A stretch of 64,000 nucleotides of DNA from assembly GCA_043228905.1 (NCBI GenBank), contig JBHGNT010000005.1, forward strand, positions 1,674,001-1,738,000. Reading direction: 5' to 3'. Below, piece by piece: positions 22,620-37,500 of the stretch. Each line of letters starts with the position of its first letter. The first letter of the stretch is position 1. A model generated the notes under the pieces. It searched no databases. It was given only the letters and a program-made list of their open reading frames with translations, and had not been told where the DNA came from. The translations under genes were made by a program, and so were the position numbers. This stretch comes from Azolla caroliniana (Eukaryota > Plantae > Polypodiophyta).

Positions 22620-23450
22620 CATGGTCGCTCACGTCTGTTGGTGTTCACTCATGCTTGTTGGTGTTCCAGTTCCCGGTGAGGACCGGACATGGTCACTCAC
22701 ACTCACATTGGTGTTCAAGTCTCTGGTGAGGACCGTACATGGTCGCTCACACCCATTGGTGTTCCAGTTTCCAGGGAGGACCACACATACACATGGTCAC
22801 TCGCGTTCACTCGTGCTCCTATTTCTGGTGAGGATTGCTCATGGTTACTCAAGCCCAAGTGAAGCCACATAATGTTCACGGATTCATGACACATGGTCGC
22901 TCACGTCTGTTGGTGTTCCAGTCTCCGGTGAGGACCGCACATGGTCACTCATGCTTGTTGGTGTTCCAGTTCCCGGTGAGGACCGGACATGGTCACTCAC
23001 ACTCACATTGGTGTTCAAGTCTCTGGTGAGGACCGTACATGGTCGCTCACGCCCATTGGTGTTCCAGTCTCCGAGGAGGACCACACATACACATGGTCAC
23101 TCGCGTTCACTCGTGCTCCTATTTCTTGTGAGGATTGCTCATGGTTACTCAAGCCCAAGTGAAGCCACATAATGTTCACGGATTCATGACACATGGTCGC
23201 TCACGTCTGTTGGTGTTCCAGTCTCCGGTGAGGACCGCACATGGTCACTCATGATTGTTGGTGTTCCAGTTCCCGGTGAGGACCGGACATGGTCACTCAC
23301 ACTCACATTGGTGTTCAAGTCTCCGGTGAGGACCATACATGGTCGCTCACGCCCATTGGTGTTCCAGTCTCCGAGGAGGACCACACATACACATGGTCAC
23401 TCGCATTCACTCGTGCTCCTATTTCTTGTGAGGATTGCTCATGGTTACTC
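22577..23450. repeat. ~300-bp tandem triplication with ~43-bp subrepeats
   Basis: AAGCCCAAGTGAAGCCACATAATG recurs at ~22579, 22851 and 23151. Internal GGTGTTCCAGT..CCGGTGAGGACC..ACATGGTC subunits. Confidence 0.95.
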
Positions 23451-24048
23451 ACTCCTCAACGTACTTTGGTTTTCTCTTTCAGCTCACCCCTACACCACGC
23501 TTTCGAAAAGGCGGTCATAAAGGGGAGGATAATGTCACAAACATGACAACAATCATATAAAGATTTGAACTCATGACCTCTTGTATATAGTCAAGTGTTG
23601 TGTTCTAACCAACACATCCAAACATATGGTGTTATATATATTTTTGTAGATTATTAGTAGATTATCCATTTCAAGTTCTAGGAGTGTTTAGAAAGTTCTA
23701 GAACTAGAAGGTTCTAGAGGGTTCTAGAATATTCTCCCGAATATTCTAATGCATGTACTTCGACTCACAGTATAAATACTTGTAACCTCTTTGGTCCCTT
23801 TGAAGGGATTCAACATCAATCATTGGCACATCAATCTAGTATCTCGTCTAGCCCCATCTTCTCTCCTTGATTTACATCTCTCTCTTTATGCTCTTGTATT
23901 GTTCCTAGCGTCTTAAGTTCCTCATCTCGTCGCTCCCAACTTCCCAAGTTTCTATCCCCATCACGTCGAGTTCCACGATCGTAATCTTATCGGTCGTAGC
24001 CTTGTCATCTGTGCTTTGTCGTAGTCTAGCGTTGGTGTGTTCGTGACA
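22620..24048 (+). mobile_element. Element F: 3' end of a gypsy-type element (repeat-rich 3' region, PPT, 3' LTR 23533-24048)
   Basis: PPT AAAGGGGAGGA followed by TGTCAC...GTGACA. LTR has TCTAGA repeats and TATAAATA like E. Abuts the copia integrase. Confidence 0.7.
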
Positions 24049-25340
24049 CTATTCTTCGAACGATCCTCGGTATTCTCCTCCGTTATCCGCTCAGACTGCT
24101 TTCAATTTCCGGTTGGTCTCCCTCTCGGCTCTCACCTAGAACTCCTTGAAGACGGATAACACCTAGTCCTTCGTCTTCAATACGGAAGCCCACAACTTCC
24201 AACTACAATCATCGATGAAGGTCACAAAATATTGTGAACCGGCATTCGACTTTGTGTCGACATAGCATACGTCAGTGTGCTCGAGTTCCAACGGCATTTG
24301 CTTCCTTGTCGGGGGCCTAGTTCGAAAGACAGTTCTGTTCTGCTTGCCGGCCAAGCAATCGGTGCACTTCTCGAGTTGCACGTTCTTCACCTCTGGAATG
24401 AGGTTGTCATCGGCAAGTCTTCGCATCCCCTTCTTGCTCATGTGGCACAACCTCTTGTACCACAGCACACCAACACTGCTGACTGCCACATTTGCTTCTT
24501 CCCGACGTATCCGAGCATGCATTAGATATAGTGTGTTGGTTTTCCAGGCTCGAGCCACAATCAGGCTCCCTTTGCAAAACTTCATGACGTTGTTTCAAAT
24601 GCTACTTGTGTAGCCTTCATCATCCAGCCGACCGGCTGATATCAAATTCAGTCGAACTTCCGGAACGTATCAGACATCCTTTAGCACTAGTCGGCACCTG
24701 GTTGACGTCAGCAGACACACATCTCCTATGTTGACAATTCGACATGCTCCTTCATTTCCCATCTTTCCGGCCTTGTATGATGAGAAGCACTTTCGGTTGG
24801 GGTTAGGTAAAATGACGCACCCAAATCGACCACCTGTGTTGATTCATCATCGACAAGATTTAGATCGCTTTGCTCACTGATGAGTAGTAGTTCCTCTTCA
24901 CTTGTCTCGATTGTTGTCATGTCTTTCCAATCCGGATTCTTCTTCGAATCTGCACTGATAGTTTCCCCTTTCTACTTTCGGAAGTGTCAACAATTCTTCT
25001 GGAAGTGTCCCTTCCTCCCACAATAGAAGCACGTGGGCCTTCCCCTTGACTTCGATCTCGCCCCCGACTTCTCCTAGTTATGTGGACTCCGATTCCGACC
25101 TCTTCCCCCAATTCATATCGCCTTCCGTGACTAAGGATTTTGGGTCAAAATTTGCCTCTTTATCCTTCCGACGAGCTTCCTTGTTCAACAAACTCGGCTT
25201 CACCTTCTCTAGGGATAAGTGTTTCCCTTCCGGTTCAGCAAGTCCTAATGTGATAACGAGTGTCTCCCAACTATCCGGAAGGGATCCAAGCAATAGTAGT
25301 GCTAGTACCTCGTCAGCTAGAGGTACTTCTAGAGAGGTGG
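24049..25340 (-). mobile_element. Element G: degenerate Ty1/copia (gag, protease, integrase), interrupted by F
   Basis: LLGSLPDSWETLV, CFYCGRKGHFQKNC, VVDLGASF, LWYKRLCHMS..CTDC, HTDVC..YFVTFIDD. The DNGGEY motif is cut just downstream at 24049. Confidence 0.88.
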
Positions 25341-26524
25341 TTTTGGTTTATGAGCCCATGGAAGGCATTCAGATAATCCCCCATGTTAGAGCCATCTTGA
25401 TACTGGAGTCTCACAATCTTGCTAAAGACTAAGACCCCTCTTGATGTATGAGATGAGGTTCAAGTTCAGGTTATTATGGTAACACAAAGGCGTTTTCAAA
25501 ACTATTGATTTTTTCATGGCGGCTCCCCGAGGCTCAATCATGTATGTTCGCTTCATGAATAGTTTACACATGAAAAAATGTTAACAATAAACTATGTGTT
25601 TGTGTCTGCCCATATGGTTTCGGCTCTTTAAGTCCTATTACGAGAACCCCGAAGTGCACTTAGACCTATAGTCTAAACATGTTTTATAGTCATATGTATC
25701 AATAATGTTGTATGGTCTTGGTCATATTTAAACTCGAAACCTTGAGAACAAAGCCATTAAACACTTGAATAGGTTGCTCGTATTGAATGTTCAATGTTTT
25801 ATGCATATAAGAGATTTGCTTTAAGGCATGTGCCCATATATGTTTTTTAAAAGAAAACATATGTGTCTAGAAACTTCATTTCCCCCTCATTAACTTGACA
25901 ACTATGTTGGTACATTACCCAACCTCAAGTCTCATTGTTACGATGGCATACCATAAGGAGCAACCTAATGGTCAAGCCAACACAAGCCACCTTTTCGTAG
26001 TAGGCCCATGTGGCCCATCACATGGTTACGTCATTATAAATGCCTTTTGTAATGATGATATCATGGTGGCATCATAATCATGTAACAAGTGAGGGATGTT
26101 GGATGTGCGTGCCATAGGAGCAACCTCACATGAAGTTGATCAAACCCTTACACTCACTACGTCATTGTGGCTATGCTTGTTTCATTGTTATACATCATGA
26201 AATCGAGGCGACCAACAAGGATATAACAAAAATAAAATTTTGTTGTAAAAGGATAGTGATTACGCCATTCTCACAAAAATGCAAGGATGGCCACCAAGAT
26301 CCTTACCCCGAAAGACAACCATCGATCAATTTACATGATGTAACAAAATTCTAATATACAAACATATATGTTCATGACATGTATACGATTAAATACACAT
26401 ATGTATATATAAAAGAATCATTAACCAAACATAAACCAATCAATGATGTAAACGAGATACGTAATCGAGATATATAGCCTCTACCCACACGCGACATCCA
26501 AAAATACAAGAGTGACGTAATTTA

Positions 26525-26780
26525 CGAAATCGATGTATTGGCCTCTTACACATACGACACAAATCGCATGTCTAATATTATATAACAATTGATGTATTAA
26601 CCTCATACAACACAAATCGCATATCCAATATTATATAACAATTGAGGTATTGACCTCATACACATACGTAACAAATGTAAGTGAACGTAATATGCAATCG
26701 AGGTATTGACCTCTTACGCATACAACACAAATCGTATATCTAATACATGGCAATTGAGGTATTAACCTTATACGCATACA
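26525..26780. repeat. Degenerate ~55-bp tandem repeat
   Basis: Recurring CAAT(T/C)GAGGTATTGACCTC..CATACAACACAAATCG units. Confidence 0.7.
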
Positions 26781-29700
26781 TGTGTAGGTTTTATACAACC
26801 AAACGATTACCACTACAACATATTTTAATGATTGAAATTAATACATAATGACATAAACATGATGAGAATGGGAGAAGAAAGAATAGGAAAAAAACTTAAG
26901 GGAAGTACCAAAGTTTCTTTGTTGATACATTACTGAACCACAAGTTTAGAGTCTCGACTTAGCCAAAAGATCCCAAATGAGAGTAGTTAGCCCTCATATT
27001 TATAGCCAGACCTAAGGCCCCCAAGCAAGATCATACTTGGCCCTTATGGGTAACAAAAGGATGTGGATTCGTGGAACATTACTAGATGTTATGGATTGTA
27101 GTAGACAATTTATGGAAGCTTGTGGAATTCTATTCTACCTACTTTGTCATTCCTTAATTCAAATAAACTATGTCTACCCAACTCAACATCCCCACATCCT
27201 TATTGTCTTCCTTTCTTTTAGCAACACTTTTATTACTAGTGGGAAACCTGAAAGTGAAGTGAAAATCCACAAAGAATAAAGAGAAATGTACAAGTGTCGA
27301 TTAGACACTAAAGAGCTTAGAAGCACTCAAAGTAAAGAGTATAAATTTGCAATGTGAAGGCTCTAAGGTGCAGACAATCAAATAGAGATTGCTTAAAGAA
27401 GCTAAATTCATGCAGTTGGTTTCGATCAAAGACCTTATTATTGCGGGCCGTCCAAATAGCCAAAAGTGTTCCCCAAACCTTTGGCCAAGAAATCTATGAG
27501 AAATAAATCTTTACTACCTTCCACTTATATATGTCCCCCGACATCCAACACCAAAACCCAAGATTTGTGGTTTCATTGATCCTTCCCTTGTCTTGAAATT
27601 GCATGGTGCACAAATTATTGTAATAATAAAAACACAATAATATCATGGAAAATGATAACCTCGGTCGCACGCTCTTGGATCCACCTTATGTATAACTTAA
27701 CAATAGTGTGGATCCACCTTTACAATAGTGTTTTTATTCGATCCACTTTATGTAGATCTCTTGAATTGTTTGGCTTTATCATGGAAATCCCTCAAATGAT
27801 TTGGCTTGAGTTGTTCGTTTCACGATTAGGTTCGGTTTGGTTTAAATTTCAAAAAAAAAAAATAGTTTCAATTTGAGACTCCCTAATCAAATCAAACCAC
27901 TATCAATTACTAGTTACATTATTCATCCAAAAGAAAGTTCATACATCAAGTTGTAACAACTTCATGGGAAGGTTTCACCATAGAATTACATGGGATCAAG
28001 GTATGCATTGATTAGGAGTATTTTTAAGAGCATAAGCATATCTGGGAAGTATTCCCTTGACTAGATACTCTATTATGTTTTATACATTACACATAAAAAC
28101 TAGTCAAACACTCAAATTATCTCTATGTCTTTTTCAAAAAGGTAAGCTTATGTCCACGTTCTATAAATCACGAGCATCTAAATAATGTGTGTGTGTGTGT
28201 GTGTGTGTGTACTATAATAATAACATTGTATATATAATAAATCATGGAAAATGAGAACTTTAGTAGCATACTCTGTATATTTTGTATGATAAGGACATGA
28301 TTATATTTCCGAGCTTGGCACGATTGTTTAAGATATGGTCCATGTGATAATAATTCAAGTCTCCCAAAAAGCAATTATACAATGTTAGATATTTAAGCAT
28401 TGCCTATTTCCTATATAAAATATTAAATTTACTTAGATTTATTAGAATGGGCAACCAGATTCAAAGAATAGTGGAATTGGAATGAGTTGCTTGCATCTAA
28501 TGGTGGGAAATGTTGACGAAAGGGAACTAGTCAACTTTGAGACTAGAATAGGGTCAAACCAAAGGGAAGGAGCATTGGTGATCACAAATTTCCCATATAA
28601 AGTATGTATGTGTATATGTATCATTGTAGAACTCGAGTTCTAGTATGGGAGAATGGGCCAAGGTTGTCATAAGGTGAGTTAACTTGTACATTGACATGAA
28701 ATGCACGATACAAACAAATAGGCGTGCATGTAGAATTATGGATTGAAGTTCCACAACTTAGTTCTCAAAACAAAACCTTATTAATCCAATTGGTTGGGGT
28801 TCACCCACCTCATTGATATTAATTCAACAACCACCAACCTCATCAACATAATCAGGATATCCGTTGGTTCTTGTTCACACCAAAACTCCCCTTCAAGGAT
28901 CCATGAGGCCACATGAGCTTTATTTGCATAATCCCTTCACCCAAACTCCTTGTAAGTGCACCAAACCCACATCATTTGCTTCTCCTCTTCGGCTTTAGTG
29001 GTACTCTCCCATATGGATGCTATGTAGTAGTTTTACTCTCTAGTTAGCTTCCAATGCCATTGCAAAAATATCTACAAAGTTTTTCATCAATGAATGATGC
29101 TCAAATTTGAACTTCTCAATCACGATTTTTTTTATGTTAAGTATTATGGACACTAGATTTTTCACTATAACAATGTAACTCTTTTTGTCACATACCCTCC
29201 AACATTTTAATTTCAAATGGGAACTTTTTTAACCACATTCATCAACGAGCATAACTAGTGGCCTTTGTATTTCACTCTTGCAAAGGGCAACAAACACACC
29301 ATGAATTCCCTACTTCCATGATAATATTCTAGATCTTAGTAGGAAACTATATCCAGAGACATATTTTTTATCCTTAGAATCACAATTATCGAACATAACC
29401 CTCAACTTGTTGTCACTTTTCTAAATCAATTATGATTTTTGTCAAAACTACAACCAAATAAGCTAATTTGTGTTGAACATATACATGAAACTCTCAAGTA
29501 CATATCCCTTGGCTTGCCATAACACTCTCCTAAATTGATTGTGTGTTTTGACAACACTCCAACCCTAAACTTGCCATTACAACTTTCTAGATCAATTGTG
29601 TGTTTTGTCAACATTCCAACCAAATAAGCTAAGTTAGTTGGATCAACATTTGAGTTTTGAGTACATCTCACTCAACTACATATCAAACATGGCTTACTTT

Positions 29701-31559
29701 GATCTATTTAGCCTCGTTAGCTTACTCGGCATTTATGATGAAACCCACTTTCTTGATGTGCACAACTTATATTATATATTGGAATGGATACACTATTCAT
29801 TTACTCATTCTGGTCAGTATTTTTATCATGAGGTCATTAATTAGAGGATATGTGATCATATAGTGCACTATGCCCATTCTCAAATATACACAACCATGTT
29901 CACAATCCAACATCAACTAATTTCAACACTTTTTAAATAGATTCCACCCTTACATTATGAATGACCTTTTAATGAAGAAACAAACAATGTATTGAATAAT
30001 TTACCTGTGTTTGTATTGCTCAGTAACGCCAACACATATTATGCATAGAAATTGTAAGGTATCTTCAAATGTGTCTCTATAAAAGTTAAAGTTCATTTTC
30101 AAATATTTGGGGACACTTAACATAGTGAAATCAGAGATGTTTATTGACAATCCTATATGCTTATACAAAGAGATACAATGTCATCCTAAATACAAGAATG
30201 AATTCAACTTCCTATGGCTTGAGCCCTTCTCTACTAGGTATAAAAGAAATATTAAACTGTGAAAACCCTAAGGAATTGTATTACTTTTCCTTCAACGTAT
30301 TCTTCTAGGTAGATAAAACCGTATGCATGTTCTCAAAGGGATTCCACCGAATGATATAAATTGATACAAAGTCATTGTCCTTCTCCAAGCAAAGCTTTCC
30401 AAATGATGTCTAGTTCAGTAAAGAAGGCATATGAAAAGGCATCCATAATTGTATACGATGATAGCTAATGCTTACACCTTGAATTGGAAATTTGATGCAT
30501 CTTATAACCATTGGTTGATAAAAAGATATGACATTTTTATGCTAAGATAGTTGGTTAGATAAACTAAAAGAGAAACATGCCTAGATAGAGGTAGGGAATG
30601 ATAGTTTGGATAAGGATGACACGAGCAAAAAGAACCATTCATTATTTGTGTATTACAATACAAAGTTGTCATTAAGTTGGCAATGTAGGACAAAAATATA
30701 TTTCTCAAATGAAATGGATGGGAACACATCTCATTCACATTCACAAATCTGACTTTTAGCCATGTGAGACAATGGAGGAATATTGAACCTAATCATCAAG
30801 TTCCCTAACATTATACCATCTCTAGCAATTATGCATTGATTCATTAGAGTTAGAACGATGTCGTGTATGGACTGAACATGTGATTCGCATATATAAAAGT
30901 GTACATGTTCATTGTCTTAATGATTAAGAATGTATTCCAATGATTGTTGCACTTGACGATGGAATGTAGGAATATTATCTTGACTAAAAGATAAACAATG
31001 CAACGATTGTATATCACTTGTAATTGTAATTAAGAAATATTATATTATACCAATTGACTCAGCAAGAGACAATAAACTATGGAATTATACACAATCTAAC
31101 ACATTCAATGGATCTTTAAGATTAGAATTTGTGGCCAATACTTATGCTCCTTTAACACTATTATGGTCCAAAAACTTATCATTGTGAATCACATATTAAT
31201 TATATGGACACCAAAGAAATATGGATCAATAGAGTGAAACTATTATTTCATTTGGGTTCCCAACACAACATGCTTCTAATCGTGTGTGTGTGTGTGTGTG
31301 TGTAGTAGACCATATTGGATTGCATATTGATAGAGTATCGAACACAACATATTGTAGACCAAATTGGTTGACTATATTAACTAAATGGTAGAAGAAAACA
31401 AGACCAAATACTTGAAACTGACATTCTACTGATCACTCGATTGCATGAAAGTAAATTTTCAATTTTGTAACAAGGAAAATAAGTCCCTCTCATATGCAAG
31501 TTAAGACATCCTTCATTGCCCCTTCATTTTGTTATGTTTGACATATAGTTGATACATAA

Positions 31560-32202
31560 GTTTGTTAGATTGGTTTTACAACATTTAACTAACTAACTTC
31601 ATGTGTATTCGCACAAATCAAGACAATAGGAAAAAATTTAATACTAGTATATCCTTGAGCAATGTATACATGGGGAGCAATATTATGGGTGGTGGTACAA
31701 GATAAACCTATGGTATATGAACAAGAGGAGGTTGTCGATGTTGTTGTGATGAGACATGGTTTGATGGGAAAAAAATGATACCTTTGAATCCACAAATAGA
31801 GATGGATAAACCTCAAATATGGCAATTGGTAAGTAGTATTACAATTTGGTATATTTGGAAGGCCCGATGTTTGAAGGTATTTCAAAATGTGATTGAAAAA
31901 CCGGCCCAAACAATCATTGGGATTTGGATAGAGATTGTACATGATCTCAGAGGTTTGTTGGATTGTATAAAAGGTGATACACAACAAGCAGAGTTTAAGC
32001 GATTGGAGTTTCATGCCATCTGGGATATATATATATTTTGTAGATGGTTTTTTCATAAGGTAGAGTGGTTTTACTCTGCACGAAAGTATTTACTTAAGCC
32101 GATGGTTAGAAAATTAAAAAAGGGGATATGTGGTATATCTTGTATGTATAGCCTTACGATGTTTTCTAATACTAATGTAGTATATTTTTTTGAAAAAAAA
32201 AA
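31560..32202 (+). mobile_element. 5'-truncated L1-type LINE 3' end
   Basis: IWQLVSSITIWYIWKARCLKVFQN resembles the LINE ORF2 C-terminal WxIWxxR motif. A-run at ~32193. Confidence 0.65.
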
Positions 32203-33028
32203 ACCAATAGAAAGAGAAATATAATGTGAACCAAGAATAATTTAGGCATAATGAAAATCACACTGTTCACACTAGCCATAATAAGTATATAATTGCAAAA
32301 AAAACCCAAAATGTGCTTCATCCATCCATCAATTTTTGGGTGCACAACTATATATATAAGAACTCCCTTTCAAGTTCCATTAGATAGTCCTATAATGAAG
32401 ATATTATTGTCAATGTTTTATGCATGTAAATAAATCTATACCATGTTTGTCATTCCACCCAGGAATCGGAAAAGGTTTGGCCTTATCCAAGCCAAACTGG
32501 TTAAGCCTAAACCAATTTGGGGTTCCCCAACCTGAACCAAACCGATCCCTAGACCAGTTTAGGCTAAACCGGTTTGGGAACCTCACCATTATTTTTCTTT
32601 CCCTCAACCTCTAACAACATCATCATCAACACCACAACCACCATCACCATCTCATATACAAATATATTTAGATGGCTATGGAGACACATTTGGAAAAACA
32701 ATACATAATCACATTTATGGGCATAGTCTTACTTCCCTTCACATATTGACATGATTTCGTATCAGTCATTGCTTGTAAATATCCTTAATGTGCATGCCAC
32801 ACATGTGAGATGGTCATTAAACTAAGCATGGATACCAAATGAAGTTTGTCGTACACTTTAGTGGTCACCAAACTACCCTACTTGTGCTTGAATACACCAA
32901 TTGGAAATGTTTGACTTACGCGGTGTATTGAAACAACCCAACACAATACTTTAATACGAAATAGATTTGACTATAAATTGTGGCAAAAACTTATGGATGG
33001 GTCTTGTGATTTATTGTTGAAGGGGTTG

Positions 33029-33039
33029 GGGGGGGGGGG

Positions 33040-33110
<71 letters not shown>
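33029..33110. repeat. Poly-G plus (GA)n microsatellite
   Basis: Direct reading. Confidence 0.98.
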
Positions 33111-33112
<2 letters not shown>

Positions 33113-34532
33113 GACCAATGGGTTGTTAGGTGAAGAGAAGAAGGTTAGTTACTTAATCCTTGGACCACAAAGCCATTGGGATAGGTGGGTTTCAATAAAA
33201 TAATGACATTCAATTTTGAAAGAAAAGAGAGGGAGGGAGGGACTACGACACATGAAGATGGATGCAAATGAGTGATCACTAAAGGTACAGATTATGACAC
33301 ACGAGGATGGACATTGGTGAGTGATCACGTGAAAGGTAAGGTTCCAATACACTTAAGCATGTGAAGATGCTAGTTGTCAAAACATTGAAAGCAAAGCTCA
33401 AATGTTGTAGAGTTACAACAGAACTTAATACCAACCACACAATAAAAGTCCTCCCTAATTGTGGTGGAATTGGATAGTAAGGAATGAACGTGTTCATGGA
33501 ATAATCATTAAGTACTAGGTTGACAAGGACACTTTGACATATGAACTATGATCCTAGATAGAAGGAAGAAAAAGAAGACTCCTTAATGTCTCTCAAAGAC
33601 AATGTAAAAGGTATACAAGATGGTTACAGCTTAGGGAGAATGAGGAGGAAAGAAAGATGTATTAATGTATTTGAAAGACCAAAAAGGCACGCAAGAAGTT
33701 TACAACTCATCAGTGAGAGAAATAGGAGGAATAATTAATATCACAAGATTATGTGAAGAAGAAGAAGAATAGGTGTGTTAACATTGTTGAAGAAGCAAAT
33801 GTGAGGACTAAACCCGGGAGAGCCGTAGCCATTGCCATACGATGTATGGCTTGTTTGAGAGACGAGAACAAACAAAACAAGATTGGTCATGTTGACAACC
33901 CATCCCAAAAGCCCCCCTCGACATGTGTGACGTATGTGTGGTGGAGATAGAGAGATAGAGAGAGAACATAACAGAAAACATACACTCTCTATCCATAATC
34001 TATAATCGAGACAACTTCGCTTCCATTTCGGTCGGAGCTGAATGAGCTGCTAATCAAGGGTTAACTAATGGATGGGATAGTGGCATCACCAAGCATCCGC
34101 CTTATGGATTGGATTACATACAACAAACATGGAATAATATCGGATCGCTTCGATCACATACATATATATGTGTATTGAATGTGAGATGAACAAACATAAT
34201 ATCTAGCCATTGAAACCGAAGCCATTGAAAATGAGCCAAGGAATGTGGATGACCACATAACACCCCCCCCCCCCCCCCTTCACAAAACTGAAAAGTGAAG
34301 AATACAAAATAAACTATATAACAAATAAATAATAAATGAAATTATATGTGCACATGTCATTATGTATATAATGATCTCGCCTCCCCTTCTTCCCTGCTCT
34401 GTTCTTGCTCAAACTCGCCATAGCCATAGCCATAGCCATAGCCATAGCTGATTCTCTGTATCTTCCTGAAGCCCCTCCCTTCCCTCCACCGACCACCCCT
34501 TTCCTGTCCCAACCCCCGTTGTTTTCCTCTGA

Positions 34533-37500
34533 ATGGACGGGGATTCTGTTGCAGTGTGTGCGAGCTTTCCGGACGTTGAATGGAAGGTCGGATTGGGGTT
34601 AGGTCTAGGAAGAAGAGGAAGGGGATTGTTCTGTAACCCAAGCGATCTTCGAGATTCTTCTTCTTCTTCTTCTTCTTCTTCCTCCTCCCAATATTGCCAT
34701 CCATGGCAAAGATCTTTAAGGAAAAGCAATGATTCTCTGCATTATAGTCACGTTGATAGTGGCGTTGGAAATGAACCAGAAGAAGAGGAGGAGGAGGAAG
34801 AAGAAGAAAAAGAGAAGCATATTTGCAGAAGAGATCTGTCGCTCTGTTCTTCTATTGGTAACAATGATAGCAATACTATGACCAGTTATATTCATAGTAA
34901 TGCCATGTTTTCTTCTTCTAAGAAGATTTTCATTGTTGGATATGCTCTCACTGCTAAGAAATCCCGAAGCTTTATCCAACCTTCCCTGGAAGCACGTGCC
35001 GGGTATGCACATACATATGTACACACATACACACATACATGCACACTCGTATGTATGTATGTATGCATGTATGTACTCCTTTTCTTTGCATGTTGTTTTT
35101 CTCTGTTTTATGGATTGATGAAGGTGTGGTTTAATTGTATTTTATGGTTTGGTGGACGCAAGCCCATGTTTTGATTGCTTCTAATGGATAACGTGTAGAA
35201 GGTTTTAGATGAGGGAGCTAACTTGATAGAAAGAGAGGCACACACAGAGTTTGAAATCCTCTTTTTGTAAGCTCTGAAGCTTTTAATGATGCAAACTCTT
35301 ATACCAGGAAGCTCACTCTGGGTATCTACTGTTCATCTTACATGTGAAGAAAGAATTGACAATCCAAAGTCTCATTGTGAAGTATGATGTTTTTGTGTTG
35401 CAGGAGCAAAGGTATAAAATTTGCGATGATAGATTGTAACAGGCCACTGAGTCAGCAAGGCCCGTTTGATGTCATCTTGCATAAGGTGACAGTCATTCAT
35501 TCACTTTAGCTTATCTAAAAAACTTTCGAATTATGGTTTTAACTTAAGCCTCATTATTCCTTTTTTCTACAGATTTCAGTTGAGTCATGGCACAAACAGC
35601 TACGTGTAAGAAAAGTGGCTATCTTTCATGTGTTCATATACTTATTGTCAAACCAAAACACCAAAACACCCCAGGGTTTCAAAATTTTGCTAGAATGCCC
35701 CTATTACTAGCTACGAGTATTCTCATAAGATTGTGGAGGCATAGGGCTGTTTTTGGTAAATACCTCAGGAGTTCGGGGTATTTTGGTGTTTTGTTTTCCT
35801 TTTGTGCCCTTGATTGGTGCCGAAACTATGTTTTCATTGTCTTAAATATTGCTTTTCTACAGGATTATAAACAAAGCTATCCTGATGTCATGATCCTCGA
35901 TCCCCCAGAATCAATAATAAAGGTCTACAACCGAAAATCGATGCTTCAAGAGGTTGCTGCCCTTAATTTCCATCATCCCCAAGGTTTGGAATGATCTTTA
36001 GTATGCATTTGTTTATGACATTTATAGTGAATGCTTATTATGAATTTAATCTACTTTTCTCATGGGTTGTGGCGAACGACACTTCAAATTTCAGGAAGGG
36101 TGATGGTTCCGAAACAGTTAGTTGTTGACGGTGACCCGACTTGCATATCTTTGAAAGTGGCTGCATCAGGCTTGCAGTTTCCCTTAGGTAAAAGTTCCTC
36201 TCAAAGGCAGTTAAAAGACTATGGAAGAAAGGGGTATTGGTATATTCTGGTAACTATGAAAACTTAAGGCTATTCTGGTAAATATCTTGGGGGGGGGGGG
36301 GGGGGATTATTCTGCGTTTATGAGAACCACATACAAATAACAAGTTTATGACTCTAGACTTTCAGTTATTCCCATTTCTGTATTTAAACCTTGTTCTTTT
36401 TATTTATTTTTGTAGTCATAAAACCAAAATGGATTGATGGTACGCCAAAGTCTCACGCACTTTCTCTCGCATTCAATGAAGTGCGTTTAGCAGAGCTCAC
36501 ACCTCCATTGGTGTTGCAAGAATTTGTGAATCATGGTAATTAAAATAACTAAACTCTACAAGTGATGATGTGTGTAGGGGTGATCTTCACAAAGTACCCC
36601 CCTGAGTATTTATTTATTTCCTCAAGAGTACACCTATGTCTCCATTATTTGTCCAGATACCGATAGTCGACCCAAATATGTACATGGAATTTGAGCAGCT
36701 ATATTGGTCAATTTGTCCCCTTTTTACTCTCTTTTGGGGGTTGACAAGGGTCATATCCAGGGAAATAATGGGATCATCTGGGAACTCTGGCCATTTCAGA
36801 TCCATTCCTGATTTGTATATGGAAGCAAAATACATCAATCGTTATCTGATTCCAAATTCCAATGTTTGCTTTCTTCATACTTCAGGTGGTGTTCTATTCA
36901 AAGTGTATGTGATTGGACATATGGTTAAAGTGGTTAGGAGGTTCTCCCTTCCCGACATTTCAGGGGATGAAGCCAAAACGAATGACATTGTCTCTTTTCC
37001 ACGAGTCTCATGTGCCGCGGCTTCAGCAGATGGTGTGGATCTTGATCCCAGCGTTGGTGGTGAGACTAAAACATATTTTCTTTTCTCTTTCAAAGGAAAT
37101 GCACAAACATATCCTCATCTTTCACTAGATTCCCAAGGATACCCCTCATTTTTCTTGAACCTCTCCAGAGAGGAAATTTCTTGTTAATGAGGTGCATACT
37201 TGGGATTACCCAAAATACTAGGGTTAACAGTATTTTGTGGATTTCATGAAAAATGAGAGTGCGCTTTCTGTAAACTTCCCTTTCTTTTTATCATATTCCC
37301 TTGGGTTATTTTGATCGAATTATTTTGTTTTAAAGCAGATCTTCCTCCTACAGAAATGTTAGTGTCGCTGGCAAGAGAGCTTCGAGCTAGACTGGTAAAC
37401 ATTTTCTGATGTGATCATTTGCAAGTTACTCTATAAACACCTTAGAAGCTACCTGATAACTCAATAATTGTGCTCAACATTTTTTGTGTTTTTATGTAGG

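Noticed and set aside
28700-30900. Coding-like decayed sequence on the - strand
   Set aside because: No identifiable motif by eye. Probably an old TE relic; needs a translated homology search.
32460-32585. AAACC/GGTTT-rich quasi-palindrome, possible MITE
   Set aside because: No clear terminal inverted repeats or TSD.
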